Shown piece by piece: positions 29,832 through 39,135 of a DNA stretch of 64,000 nucleotides (its first letter is position 1; the number at the start of each line of letters is the position of its first letter). Position numbers and translations under genes: made by a program. Under the pieces are notes generated by a model. That model did not search any database, was not told the DNA's origin, and saw only the letters and a program-made list of their open reading frames with translations. Location of the stretch: contig CALMEO010000055.1 in the NCBI GenBank assembly GCA_937862935.1, forward strand, positions 19,927-83,926. The letters run 5' to 3'. The DNA comes from an uncultured bacterium (GTDB lineage: Bacteria; Patescibacteriota; Gracilibacteria; Absconditabacterales; Absconditicoccaceae).

Positions 29832-30575
29832 ATGGAAAACAAATTCAATCTACCTACTGAAATGGTAGAACTTCCTTCAAAAGGTCTCCCTTATCCAATC
29901 ACATCTCCTTTATCAGAAGGTAAAATCGAGATGAAATACATGACTGCAAAGGAAGAAGATATTCTAACGAATTCAAACTATATTAAACAGGGCGTGGTAA
30001 TTGATAAATTACTACAGTCTTTAATTGTTACACCTATTGATTATAACGAATTATTAGTTGGGGATAAAGAAGCTATAATGATAGCAGCTAGAATTCTGTC
30101 ATACGGTAAAGATTACGAAGTTCAACATGAAGGAAAACCTGTCACAGTAGACTTAACGACACTCCAAAATAAGGAAATAGATGAAACAATTTTTACAAAA
30201 GGTAAAAATGAATTTTCATTTACGTTACCTCATACTAAGAATGTTGTTACGTTTAAACTTCTCACACATGCTGATGATAAAGCAATTGATCAAGAAGTAA
30301 AAGGGTTATTGAAAATCAACAAAGACAACATTACCGAAGTTACTACACGTTTTAAAAGAATGATTACTTCAGTAAACGGTATGAGAGAGGTAAAAGACAT
30401 CAGAGAGTTTGTTGATAAGTATCTACTTGCAATTGATGCAAGAGCATTACGTGAAGAGTATTCTAGAATTAGTCCAAGTATGGACCTAACGTTCAAGTAT
30501 ACTAACGAAAACGACGAAGAGGAGGACGTCGACTTACCAATCGGGATTACCTTTTTTTGGCCTGACGCTAAGTGA
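29832..30575 (+). CDS. putative tail assembly chaperone (short form)
   Basis: Lies between the tube and tape-measure genes; ends 15 nt after a T7 slippery run. Confidence 0.45.
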   Translation: MENKFNLPTEMVELPSKGLPYPITSPLSEGKIEMKYMTAKEEDILTNSNYIKQGVVIDKLLQSLIVTPIDYNELLVGDKEAIMIAARILSYGKDYEVQHEGKPVTVDLTTLQNKEIDETIFTKGKNEFSFTLPHTKNVVTFKLLTHADDKAIDQEVKGLLKINKDNITEVTTRFKRMITSVNGMREVKDIREFVDKYLLAIDARALREEYSRISPSMDLTFKYTNENDEEEDVDLPIGITFFWPDAK

Positions 30576-30810
30576 TAGATTTTTACTTTTTAAAACACTT
30601 CACGAAATATGTTTCCACAGTCAAGGAGGGTATAGTTGGGAAACCGTATACAATATGCCAATTTGGTTACGAAAGTTAACTTTTAATTTATTGAAAGAAC
30701 ACTACGAAGAAAAACAACCAACAACTCATCAACAGGATTTTGAAGAACCTAAAACAGTTCAACGACCTGACTTTAGACCCACATATACAACGAAAGCTCC
30801 TAAGAAGTAG
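29832..30810 (+). CDS. putative +1 frameshift-extended tail assembly chaperone (long form)
   Basis: The +1 frame is open from the T7 run (30552..30558) to TAG 30808..30810, filling the whole gap up to the tape-measure promoter box. Confidence 0.35.
30552..30558 (+). other. T7 slippery run (candidate +1 frameshift site)
   Basis: ACC TTT TTT TGG, 15 nt before the zero-frame stop. Confidence 0.35.
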
Positions 30811-30819
30811 GGGCTTTCA

Positions 30820-30827
30820 CTATTTAT
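30820..30827 (+). promoter_or_regulatory. CTATTTAT box
   Basis: 23 nt upstream of the tape-measure ATG 30850. Confidence 0.5.
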
Positions 30828-30849
30828 TTACATAACTAAGTTTTAACTT

Positions 30850-33264
30850 ATGGCAGATAATTTACAGGGATTTAATGATGAATTAGCAAATAATGCAGTA
30901 AATGCAGCACAAAGAATTGGCGAAATTCAAGATGCAGTAAGATCTTTACGAAGAGTCCTACAAGGTGAAACTGTGAGCACTACAAAAGAGTTTACTGACC
31001 TTACCGCATCAGCTAATAAGTTCAAATCTCTTCAAGAAAAAGCAGCTAAATCCGGTAAAGAACTTAATAAGCTATATCAGGAACAAAGTAAGATTCACGA
31101 TACAATTACAAGATTGTCTGCAAAGATTCAAATAGCTAACGAAAAAGCTTTTGCAGCTTCAGGTAAACAAAGAAAAAATTTAGAAAAACAAGCTGAAGCT
31201 CTTATGCATATGCGAGATGAAGCTAAACAGATTTCTAACTACTATGAACAATTAGTACAGTCGACTACTAAGCTTGATAAATCATCTGCGTACTTTACAC
31301 AGTTGAGTAAGGTTGTTGATAAAATACCTATCTTAAATAAGTTTCAAAAACCGTTTGAAAAAGCAGCAGAAGCAGCTAGAAAAACAGCAATCGAAGCTAA
31401 AAGAGCTCAACAAATTTCTGCAACTGTTGAAAAAAGAGTTGACAAAAACGGTAAAGAATATTACGTAGATCTTGTAAAAGGTGGACGAACAAGTAAGACT
31501 AACTTCCTACAAGATAAAGCTAAAGTTGATGAAGCTGCTGTTGCATCTAAAAAGAGCCCATTTACAGCCGGTATGAAAGCTATTGGTAGTGAAATGGGTG
31601 AAGGAATGTCAGGATTAGTGAAAGGAGGTGGTTGGATTGCTTTACTTGTTGGAGCTATTAAGTTCATCGTAGAATTAATGTTACAAGCAGATAAAACTGT
31701 AGTTGATATTGCAAGAAACTTAAGTATCAGTAAAGACAGTGCAAGGGGAATTCAAGAACAGTTTGCAGATCTAAGTGCAAAAACTAATGAAACCTACGTT
31801 AATGTAACCAATCTTGTAGCAGCACAAAGTGCTCTTACAGATCAACTACAAATAGCTGGTAGAGCGACTAATGAAACTCTAAAAGCTCAAACATTCTTAA
31901 CAGAAAGAATGAAAATGCAAGCTAGTGATGCTGCTGTCATAACAGCTAGATCTGAAGCTTTTGGGGAAAATTCTGAACAAACCTTAAAAACCATTATCAA
32001 TACTAATAAATCTTTAACCCCTAATAGGCTTCTACTTTCTCAAATAGTAAAAATCTCAGGTCAAATTGCAGCTTCTTTTCAATATAGTAATGTAGCAATC
32101 GCTAAAGGGATTGAAGTGGTTAATAAATACGGATTAACTTTAGATAAAGCTAAAAATATATCAGAAAGCTTACTAAATTTTGAATCTTCTATAGGTGATG
32201 AATTGGAAGCAGAATTGTTGACAGGAAAAGAATTTAATCTTGAAAAAGCTAGAGCATTGGCAGTAACAGGGGATATGGCAAGTGCAACAGAAGAGGTAAT
32301 GAAACAAATGGAGAGTTTAACTGCTGAACAGAGAAAATCTCCTATAATTATGAAAACTTTTTCAAATTTATTAGGAATATCTGCAGATGAAATTGCCGAT
32401 GCTTATCAACTTGAACATAATAGAACTCGACAAAATCAAGAACTTTTAAAAATAATGCAAGAACAGGGACTAACTGAAGCTGAAAATTACAGAGCTAAGA
32501 TGGGACTTGAACAAGCAACCTTTGATCAAGCTAAAAAAACAGTTACATTAGAGGAGCAATACAAAGAAGCTGTTACAAAAGTTAAAGATCAATTTGTTTC
32601 CCTGGTTAGTGGAGGTTACTTAGATAAACTTTCAAATGCAATTAAGGAATTTGCTACTTGGATTGCAAAATACACAGGGGATAATGAAAAAACAGCTAAT
32701 GAACAAGCAAAAGCTGCACAAACTACGTTAGAAAAAGGTTTAAATGAAAAACAAAAAGCTGCACAAACTACGTTAGGAAAAGGTTTAAATGAAAAACAAA
32801 AAGCTGCACAAACTACGTTAGGAAAAGGTTTAAATGAAAAACAAAAAGCTACATTAGAAAAGTTAAGAGTTCAAGCTGGAGGAGAGACTTCTGGGTGGTT
32901 CAAAAATGATACAGATAGGGAGATAGAGAGTGAAACATGGGCATTAGTAGATAAATTGGGAATCGATTATGAGGATGCTCGAGACATGATCGAAGCAGAA
33001 GCTGCTACAAAACTTCAAGAAATAAAAGAAGGAAAGAGAACCATTAATGCTAAAACAGGTAAAACAGAAACAAAGGTAAAAGATTTTATCATTAAACCAT
33101 TAAATGAAGACACCATTACCATGGCAGGTGGTACCAAATTAGGAGGTAACGTAGAAGCTTTACTAAAAGAACTCATTTTAGAAGTTAAAGCAGGTAGAAA
33201 TATTTACTTAGGCACTCAGAAAGTTAATGAGGCCCTTGGTCTCTCTTTAAATGCCTTAGGATAA
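30850..33264 (+). CDS. tail tape measure protein
   Basis: 804 aa, Ala/Lys/Glu-rich and helical-looking, hydrophobic GGWIALLVGAIKFIV segment, internal 15-aa tandem repeats; lies after the tube and chaperone genes. Confidence 0.7.
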   Translation: MADNLQGFNDELANNAVNAAQRIGEIQDAVRSLRRVLQGETVSTTKEFTDLTASANKFKSLQEKAAKSGKELNKLYQEQSKIHDTITRLSAKIQIANEKAFAASGKQRKNLEKQAEALMHMRDEAKQISNYYEQLVQSTTKLDKSSAYFTQLSKVVDKIPILNKFQKPFEKAAEAARKTAIEAKRAQQISATVEKRVDKNGKEYYVDLVKGGRTSKTNFLQDKAKVDEAAVASKKSPFTAGMKAIGSEMGEGMSGLVKGGGWIALLVGAIKFIVELMLQADKTVVDIARNLSISKDSARGIQEQFADLSAKTNETYVNVTNLVAAQSALTDQLQIAGRATNETLKAQTFLTERMKMQASDAAVITARSEAFGENSEQTLKTIINTNKSLTPNRLLLSQIVKISGQIAASFQYSNVAIAKGIEVVNKYGLTLDKAKNISESLLNFESSIGDELEAELLTGKEFNLEKARALAVTGDMASATEEVMKQMESLTAEQRKSPIIMKTFSNLLGISADEIADAYQLEHNRTRQNQELLKIMQEQGLTEAENYRAKMGLEQATFDQAKKTVTLEEQYKEAVTKVKDQFVSLVSGGYLDKLSNAIKEFATWIAKYTGDNEKTANEQAKAAQTTLEKGLNEKQKAAQTTLGKGLNEKQKAAQTTLGKGLNEKQKATLEKLRVQAGGETSGWFKNDTDREIESETWALVDKLGIDYEDARDMIEAEAATKLQEIKEGKRTINAKTGKTETKVKDFIIKPLNEDTITMAGGTKLGGNVEALLKELILEVKAGRNIYLGTQKVNEALGLSLNALG
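32713..32850 (+). repeat. 45-bp tandem repeat, 3 copies, inside the tape-measure gene
   Basis: GCTGCACAAACTACGTTAG(A/G)AAAAGGTTTAAATGAAAAACAAAAA encodes AAQTTLxKGLNEKQK; in frame. Confidence 0.9.
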
Positions 33265-33304
33265 ACATTAACATGATATTTATTATAAACTAAAATAAAA
33301 CACA

Positions 33305-33547
33305 ATGGGATTAATTGATTTATTACCAACATCACCTTTAGGTTTAGCAGGAACAACTCCAGCACTTATTCCAAGTGCTAACCCTAACTCAACATTACAT
33401 TATGAGTATTCTATTAACGGGGTACCTACACAAGGTATACCTGTTCCAGCTCCTTCAGTGCTTGATTTAGATGGTCAAATTCCTACTATTTCGTCAGCAC
33501 CGGGTTCAACACAACAGTTACCGTATTTGTTACACTTACCAGGGTAA
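33305..33547 (+). CDS. hypothetical small Pro-rich protein
   Basis: 80-aa ORF after the tape-measure gene. Confidence 0.5.
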   Translation: MGLIDLLPTSPLGLAGTTPALIPSANPNSTLHYEYSINGVPTQGIPVPAPSVLDLDGQIPTISSAPGSTQQLPYLLHLPG

Positions 33548-33557
33548 TTAACATTAA

Positions 33558-35153
33558 ATGGCAAACGGATTAATAAATCTCCAAACAGACCTAAAAAGTC
33601 TTCGTTATGGAAACGATAAACCTTACGTTACTAAGAACATTGGTGAAGCACCAGGAAGTCAAGTAGGTAGAGAGGTTCAACATCGTATTGACGATACTTC
33701 CCGTATTGCCCAAATGCTTGTTGATAAACCTGGAATTAAGTACTTGTTACATGAAGCTGAATTACAGCAAGTAAATGTTGCAGATAAAATCAAAAAAGCA
33801 AAGAAAAACGGAAAAACAACAGCAGGTGCTATTCTTCAACAATTAACAAACACGTTAACTAATACTGCACAAATAGCAGCTTCTACGTTAGCTCAAGTAC
33901 CTGTAAATGGAACTGGTACTCATTTTATAAGAGGTTTTAATACCGATACGTATTTACTTCCTGAAGGAGGTAACACTAGATCTACTTTTGCTCAATTTTT
34001 TGGAGCCGGAGGTGTAGAAGGTGCACAGTACGCTATTGAAGGAGCTCCTGTACCAGCTTTTAGTACCTTAGATAACCCGGTTATTGTTCAAACTACAATG
34101 TCACCTACTGATGGAAGTTCCCTTATACAGGGTAAACCAAATACAGGGTATTATGCAAATGGCACTAGACAGTTAAATGCAAATCCGTCTAAAATTTATT
34201 CCGAGGGTAAACCATATGAGGAAGTTGTCGGTAAGAAATTACTTACTTTCGAAACAGAAACGAATGGAACCACTGTTACTAGTATAAAACAAATTAAAAA
34301 GGAATCTGGAATTAACTTAGGTGATCAAGGAGCAAGGAATGATTACGGAAAATATACTAACAAATATTGGACAGTTAGTGATTCTGGGGATGAAATAGAT
34401 AAAATTAACTACTTACCACCTGTCACTGAAAAGGTGATTGGAGAAGTGGAAGGTAGAGATCTTATAAAATTCAGATTTCACGTACTAACTCCTGGTGATA
34501 CAAAAATTTTATACTTTAGAGCATTCCTAAATTCATTTGATGATAACTTTTCTGGGATTTGGAATCCTGTGAAGTATCTAGGTCGAGCAGAAGAATTACA
34601 AGTGTACGGTGGGTTTCAAAGAAAAATTTCACTATCTTTCAAGATAGCAGCTGCTACTAGGTCTGAGATGAGACCTCTGTATCAGAAGATGATGTATTTA
34701 GCTTCTGCAACAGCACCTACATATACAGTTGACAAACAGTTTATGCAAGGTACAATAATCAAAGTAACAGTTGGAGACTACATTTATGAGCTACCAGGAG
34801 TATTAAACAGTCTTACATACAACTGGCAAACCGATTACCCATGGGAAATAGCAATGGCTGAACCTGAAAATGAAAATAGTGATCAAGCTATGCAAGAGTT
34901 ACCAATGGTAATGGATTGTAGATTGGATTTTACACCAATTCACTCTTTTACACCAGAAACTGGATTAAGAAAGTACTTTACAGCAGGTACAAAAGGTAAA
35001 CTAAATGACTACACCAAGTTAAACGTACCTAATGTAACCGGTAAACAAAGTTCATTTTCAGGTCAAGAAACAAACGTAAGAAACGGTATTAAAAGTGGGC
35101 CAGAAGCAAGTCCTTTATACAATCCACAATCGACTAATACTGTATATGTATAA
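33558..35153 (+). CDS. hypothetical tail/baseplate protein
   Basis: 531-aa ORF downstream of the tape-measure gene. Confidence 0.6.
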   Translation: MANGLINLQTDLKSLRYGNDKPYVTKNIGEAPGSQVGREVQHRIDDTSRIAQMLVDKPGIKYLLHEAELQQVNVADKIKKAKKNGKTTAGAILQQLTNTLTNTAQIAASTLAQVPVNGTGTHFIRGFNTDTYLLPEGGNTRSTFAQFFGAGGVEGAQYAIEGAPVPAFSTLDNPVIVQTTMSPTDGSSLIQGKPNTGYYANGTRQLNANPSKIYSEGKPYEEVVGKKLLTFETETNGTTVTSIKQIKKESGINLGDQGARNDYGKYTNKYWTVSDSGDEIDKINYLPPVTEKVIGEVEGRDLIKFRFHVLTPGDTKILYFRAFLNSFDDNFSGIWNPVKYLGRAEELQVYGGFQRKISLSFKIAAATRSEMRPLYQKMMYLASATAPTYTVDKQFMQGTIIKVTVGDYIYELPGVLNSLTYNWQTDYPWEIAMAEPENENSDQAMQELPMVMDCRLDFTPIHSFTPETGLRKYFTAGTKGKLNDYTKLNVPNVTGKQSSFSGQETNVRNGIKSGPEASPLYNPQSTNTVYV

Positions 35154-35155
35154 AG

Positions 35156-35452
35156 ATGAAGAGATATGAACATATTCCTAATTTAAAATCAGATTTAGGT
35201 AAAGAATACAAAGCTACAGTATTTTATCCTGAAATTCCCTTATCTGATAGTGATTTTTACGTAATTACTACAAGTGGGGACAGGTACGATACATTAGCTC
35301 ACCAGTTCTACGGTGATTACACTTTATGGTGGGTAATTGCAGCAGCAAACAGTTTACAAACAGCATCACTAGTTGCTCCACCAGGTGTTCAATTAAGAAT
35401 CCCCGGAGATGTAAGTACAGTGGTTGATAATTTCAAAAAACAAAACAGATAA
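35156..35452 (+). CDS. LysM-domain tail protein (P2 gpX-like)
   Basis: YVITTSGDRYDTLAHQFYGDYTLWWVIAAAN...LRIP fits a LysM fold; 98 aa. Confidence 0.55.
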   Translation: MKRYEHIPNLKSDLGKEYKATVFYPEIPLSDSDFYVITTSGDRYDTLAHQFYGDYTLWWVIAAANSLQTASLVAPPGVQLRIPGDVSTVVDNFKKQNR

Positions 35453-38052
35453 TGGTAGTTGATAAGGTTATAGGAGGTCCTCTAAATAAGGAGGTTATTG
35501 CACAACTTAACCAAAGAGTTAAAGTATATTCTAAAGAGTCAAGAACAGAAAAAGACATTGAATATATGAACTCTAGAACGGGATGGGTAAAATTAACTTC
35601 AGGAGTTAATGTAGGAAAGTCAGATGCTCTAGCTAGAAAGTATATTTTGATTGGAGGGGTAAAAGGTAGAGAAGGAGAAAACACTTACAGCTTGTTTACA
35701 CAAGGTCTTGGATATAGACCAATGCCAGGTATTTCTGATGTTCAAATATCCTCTGTAAACCGTTTTGGATTATTAAAAGAAACAACAATCCGTTATAACT
35801 GTTGGGATGTCTCACAACTTGAAGAACTGGAGCGTTTATTTATGAGACCCGGTTTTACAGTTTTATTAGAGTGGGGACACAGTATACAGTTAAAGAGTGA
35901 TGGGAGTTACGATACGACACCTCAAACTGTTAATAGTTTTTTTGAAAAAGAAGTTAACAAACAGTTAATTTACACTGAGATAGAAAACCTTAAAAAAAGT
36001 AGTAATCAAAATTATGATGCTATTTTGGGATTTGTAAAGAACTTTTCATGGAGTTATAGAACAGATGGAGGGTACGATTGTACAACCTCTATCATATCTA
36101 TAGGGGAATTAGTAGAATCTATGCAAATTGCACTAGATATTCCTTCTGTTTTACCTGATTACAGGTCGGTAGATAGATCCAAGAAAGTGGAACCGACATT
36201 TATTCAAGCTGTCTTAACCTGTCTTAGGGAGTTTAAAAATGCTCAAGCAATTGAATCAGAACTTAAAGGATTTTTAGGTAAATATAAGAAGATAAACGGT
36301 GAAGATTTTCCCGAAGAAAAAGTTAGACTTACCACTATAGTTACAGATGATAAAAAGACTGTAAGTAACCCTAATGGATTTGGATTTACATACATACCGT
36401 TAAAAACATTCTGTGGAATTGTTAATGTAGCTTTACTAAAAGACAGTGAACATACTAATATAGTTCACCTTAATACAAAGATTAGACCATTAGAATCTAT
36501 TGATCCTACATCAAAAATACCTACTTGTAGATTTAGGACATTTAAAGAACATACATCTGCAGACCCTAACATCTGCATTATCGGTACTATGGCAAGTACA
36601 TCTTTTCCATATAGTCAACTTGCTGTAGATCATATGAAATCGACCAGAATAGGTTCAAGTGATGAAATATTAAATATATATGTTAATGTTGATATGTTAT
36701 ATCAGATAGTTGATACACTTGTACGAGAACCTAACGCAGAACATAGAACACTTTATAACCTGTTTAAACCTCTTTTCTCTCAAATGAATTATGCAATGGG
36801 TGAAATAAACGAATTTGATTTTCACTACGATGACACAACTTCAACATTTTACATAGTTGACAGAAAAGTACAGGTTACACCTTCTGATTTATCGGAAATT
36901 TCAATAACAGGGTTAGGGTCGACGGTAACAGGTTTTAACTTTACTACAAAACTTTCACCAGCCGTATCTACAATGGTAGCTATTTCTGCTCAAGCTGGAG
37001 GTGCTGATTGTGGACTTGAAGCTGAATCTTTACTAAGGTGGAATGAAGGTCTAACTAGTCGAGTGATTACAACTCGTAACATTTCTGGGGAAAAGAAAAA
37101 AGAAGTTGAAACACCTGAAGAGAAAAAAATCCGTTTAGAAAAAGATCAAAAAGAAAGACGGTTAACTATTGAAGATGCATTAAATGGATTTTACAATCCT
37201 GGACCAAAGGTACCTCACAGGTATGATATTGCAGAGTTTAATACTGTTAAAGCAGAATACAAACACTATGCAACTACTTATGTTACTGAGGTGGAAAGTG
37301 AGGATAACAAACTTGCAGGACCTGCTGGAATAGTCCCATTTGAAGTAAATATTGAAATGGATGGTATTTCGGGTATTAAAATTGGTCAAGCTTTTACTAT
37401 TAAAAGTAAAATAATGCCTACTCAATATGACGGTGTAATTGGTTTTATTGTTACCGGTATCGATAACAGAATCAATAATAACAGGTGGACTACTAATTTA
37501 AAAGCTCAAACTATTATCATATCAGGAGCTAAAAACAAATCAAAACCTTTAGTAAATAACGGAATATCAACAAAGGAGAAAAGGGGTTTACCTTCTGTAT
37601 CATATGGAAATAAAATCAAAACCGAATATATTCCAACTCGAGATAAAGTATTAGCATCAAGACCGAAAGGATTAAAACTACTTGTAACAGTCCATGCACA
37701 AAAGGAAGGGTTTTATGAAGGAACGGTAGCTTACGATTTAAACAATCCTGGTAATTTTAAAAAACAAGTAGGAGATATCCCAATAGCAGGTAGAGGTGAA
37801 AAAGGTCGAAGTGTATTTGTTAAATTTGCTACACTTGCAGACGGTATAAAAACTCAAGCAGCTCAGGTGGATTTGATACTAAAAGGAGGTTCAAAAATAT
37901 ATGTAAAAGACCCTACATTAAAACAGTACATATACCACTATACTGAAACTGACCGTGAGTCATACATTGATCTTATAATTGCATCTTTCAAAAAGGAAAA
38001 TATGACAATTACTGAAGATATGAAATTGTCGGAAATAGTAAATAAAAATTAA
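35452..38052 (+). CDS. large tail/baseplate protein
   Basis: 866-aa ORF with ATGG overlap to the LysM gene. Confidence 0.6.
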   Translation: MVVDKVIGGPLNKEVIAQLNQRVKVYSKESRTEKDIEYMNSRTGWVKLTSGVNVGKSDALARKYILIGGVKGREGENTYSLFTQGLGYRPMPGISDVQISSVNRFGLLKETTIRYNCWDVSQLEELERLFMRPGFTVLLEWGHSIQLKSDGSYDTTPQTVNSFFEKEVNKQLIYTEIENLKKSSNQNYDAILGFVKNFSWSYRTDGGYDCTTSIISIGELVESMQIALDIPSVLPDYRSVDRSKKVEPTFIQAVLTCLREFKNAQAIESELKGFLGKYKKINGEDFPEEKVRLTTIVTDDKKTVSNPNGFGFTYIPLKTFCGIVNVALLKDSEHTNIVHLNTKIRPLESIDPTSKIPTCRFRTFKEHTSADPNICIIGTMASTSFPYSQLAVDHMKSTRIGSSDEILNIYVNVDMLYQIVDTLVREPNAEHRTLYNLFKPLFSQMNYAMGEINEFDFHYDDTTSTFYIVDRKVQVTPSDLSEISITGLGSTVTGFNFTTKLSPAVSTMVAISAQAGGADCGLEAESLLRWNEGLTSRVITTRNISGEKKKEVETPEEKKIRLEKDQKERRLTIEDALNGFYNPGPKVPHRYDIAEFNTVKAEYKHYATTYVTEVESEDNKLAGPAGIVPFEVNIEMDGISGIKIGQAFTIKSKIMPTQYDGVIGFIVTGIDNRINNNRWTTNLKAQTIIISGAKNKSKPLVNNGISTKEKRGLPSVSYGNKIKTEYIPTRDKVLASRPKGLKLLVTVHAQKEGFYEGTVAYDLNNPGNFKKQVGDIPIAGRGEKGRSVFVKFATLADGIKTQAAQVDLILKGGSKIYVKDPTLKQYIYHYTETDRESYIDLIIASFKKENMTITEDMKLSEIVNKN

Positions 38053-38053
38053 T

Positions 38054-38785
38054 ATGAACAACCTACAACCTGAACCATCAGTTAACTTTAACGACAAGAT
38101 TTACATTCCTAAGTCAATAGTAAAAAAGCCAAAGATAACTAATGGTGGTGAATTTGTAATAGCTAGCACCCAACAGTTCTATTCTGGATCTTATATAGAA
38201 ACTCTACAAAAGCAGTACTTTGTAGGTAAAACTGCTTCAGAAACCGGGATTGAACTTCAAAAAATTAAGAAAGGGGTGAACAGTTTAAAGATAACACCGA
38301 GTGGAGTTTTTAAAAATACCGGGTTACTATCAAAGATTCTACAGACAGTCTTTATAAAACAGTTGACTTCTTCTGATTTGTATAACGGAAAGACTGTTAG
38401 ATTTTTTATTAAAGATGTTTCTACAGGTAGGATTGTTGAAACAGATGAAGATACATTAAATCAAGTAAAAGCTGAAGTACCGAATATTATAACGGGGAAA
38501 GTCGAGTGGACAATTCAGGGTCCAGGTGAAGATGTAACGATTAATAACTATAAGTACGAGGGAGCTATTTCAAGAAATAGAAAAGCAATTCAAACACTTG
38601 AGAAAACTATCCCAGGTATTTCATCCTTTGTAACAGATTACTCTTTTCTCGTTACAGGTAATACTATTCAAGAAATTACAAGGAAAAAAGAAGATAATTT
38701 ATTATCTTCAGAAGTAGTTATCGTAAAAGATTCTAATATTGAATTACAAAATTTAAGAAAAGCTAATTTTGATAAAAAGAATTAA
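38054..38785 (+). CDS. hypothetical tail/baseplate protein
   Basis: 243-aa ORF. Confidence 0.55.
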   Translation: MNNLQPEPSVNFNDKIYIPKSIVKKPKITNGGEFVIASTQQFYSGSYIETLQKQYFVGKTASETGIELQKIKKGVNSLKITPSGVFKNTGLLSKILQTVFIKQLTSSDLYNGKTVRFFIKDVSTGRIVETDEDTLNQVKAEVPNIITGKVEWTIQGPGEDVTINNYKYEGAISRNRKAIQTLEKTIPGISSFVTDYSFLVTGNTIQEITRKKEDNLLSSEVVIVKDSNIELQNLRKANFDKKN

Positions 38786-38786
38786 A

Positions 38787-39029
38787 ATGGTAAAACCGGA
38801 ACAAATAGGGAGAGGTACAAGGTTGAGATTCAAAAATGATGTAAATGTTTATTACGTTAGAAACGTAAGTAACATGGACGGAATATGGTACGTGTTTGTT
38901 ACTAAAGGAGATGACACCTCAAGAACGTACAGGAAATTAATTAAAAACATTATCCAAATAAACGGGAAAACAACACTTAATGAGGGAATTTCTCTTATTT
39001 CAGCAATATTGGGTAAAAGTAAACTTTAG
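38787..39029 (+). CDS. hypothetical small protein
   Basis: ATG 38787 right after the previous stop, preferred over the track TTG 38769. Confidence 0.5.
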   Translation: MVKPEQIGRGTRLRFKNDVNVYYVRNVSNMDGIWYVFVTKGDDTSRTYRKLIKNIIQINGKTTLNEGISLISAILGKSKL

Positions 39030-39063
39030 TTGTTTTTTAAAATTAGTTTTATTATTTTCTTAT

Positions 39064-39077
39064 TATATAATTATATA
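39064..39077. repeat. 14-bp palindrome TATATAATTATATA in the AT-rich module boundary
   Basis: Same core as the palindrome at 7928..7941. Confidence 0.8.
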
Positions 39078-39135
39078 GATATAAATATAATTATTACTAT
39101 TGTTATTAGTAGTATAATAATTAACAAAGGTTATA

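Noticed and set aside
32713-32850. Possible CRISPR-like array (regular direct repeats)
   Set aside because: The repeats are contiguous with no spacers, are in frame, and encode a 15-aa unit inside the tape-measure ORF. No CRISPR array was seen anywhere in the window.
38769-38786. TTG start at 38769 for the 86-aa ORF
   Set aside because: It overlaps the end of the previous gene. ATG 38787 lies 1 nt after that gene's stop (38783..38785), and ATG is the start used almost throughout this genome.
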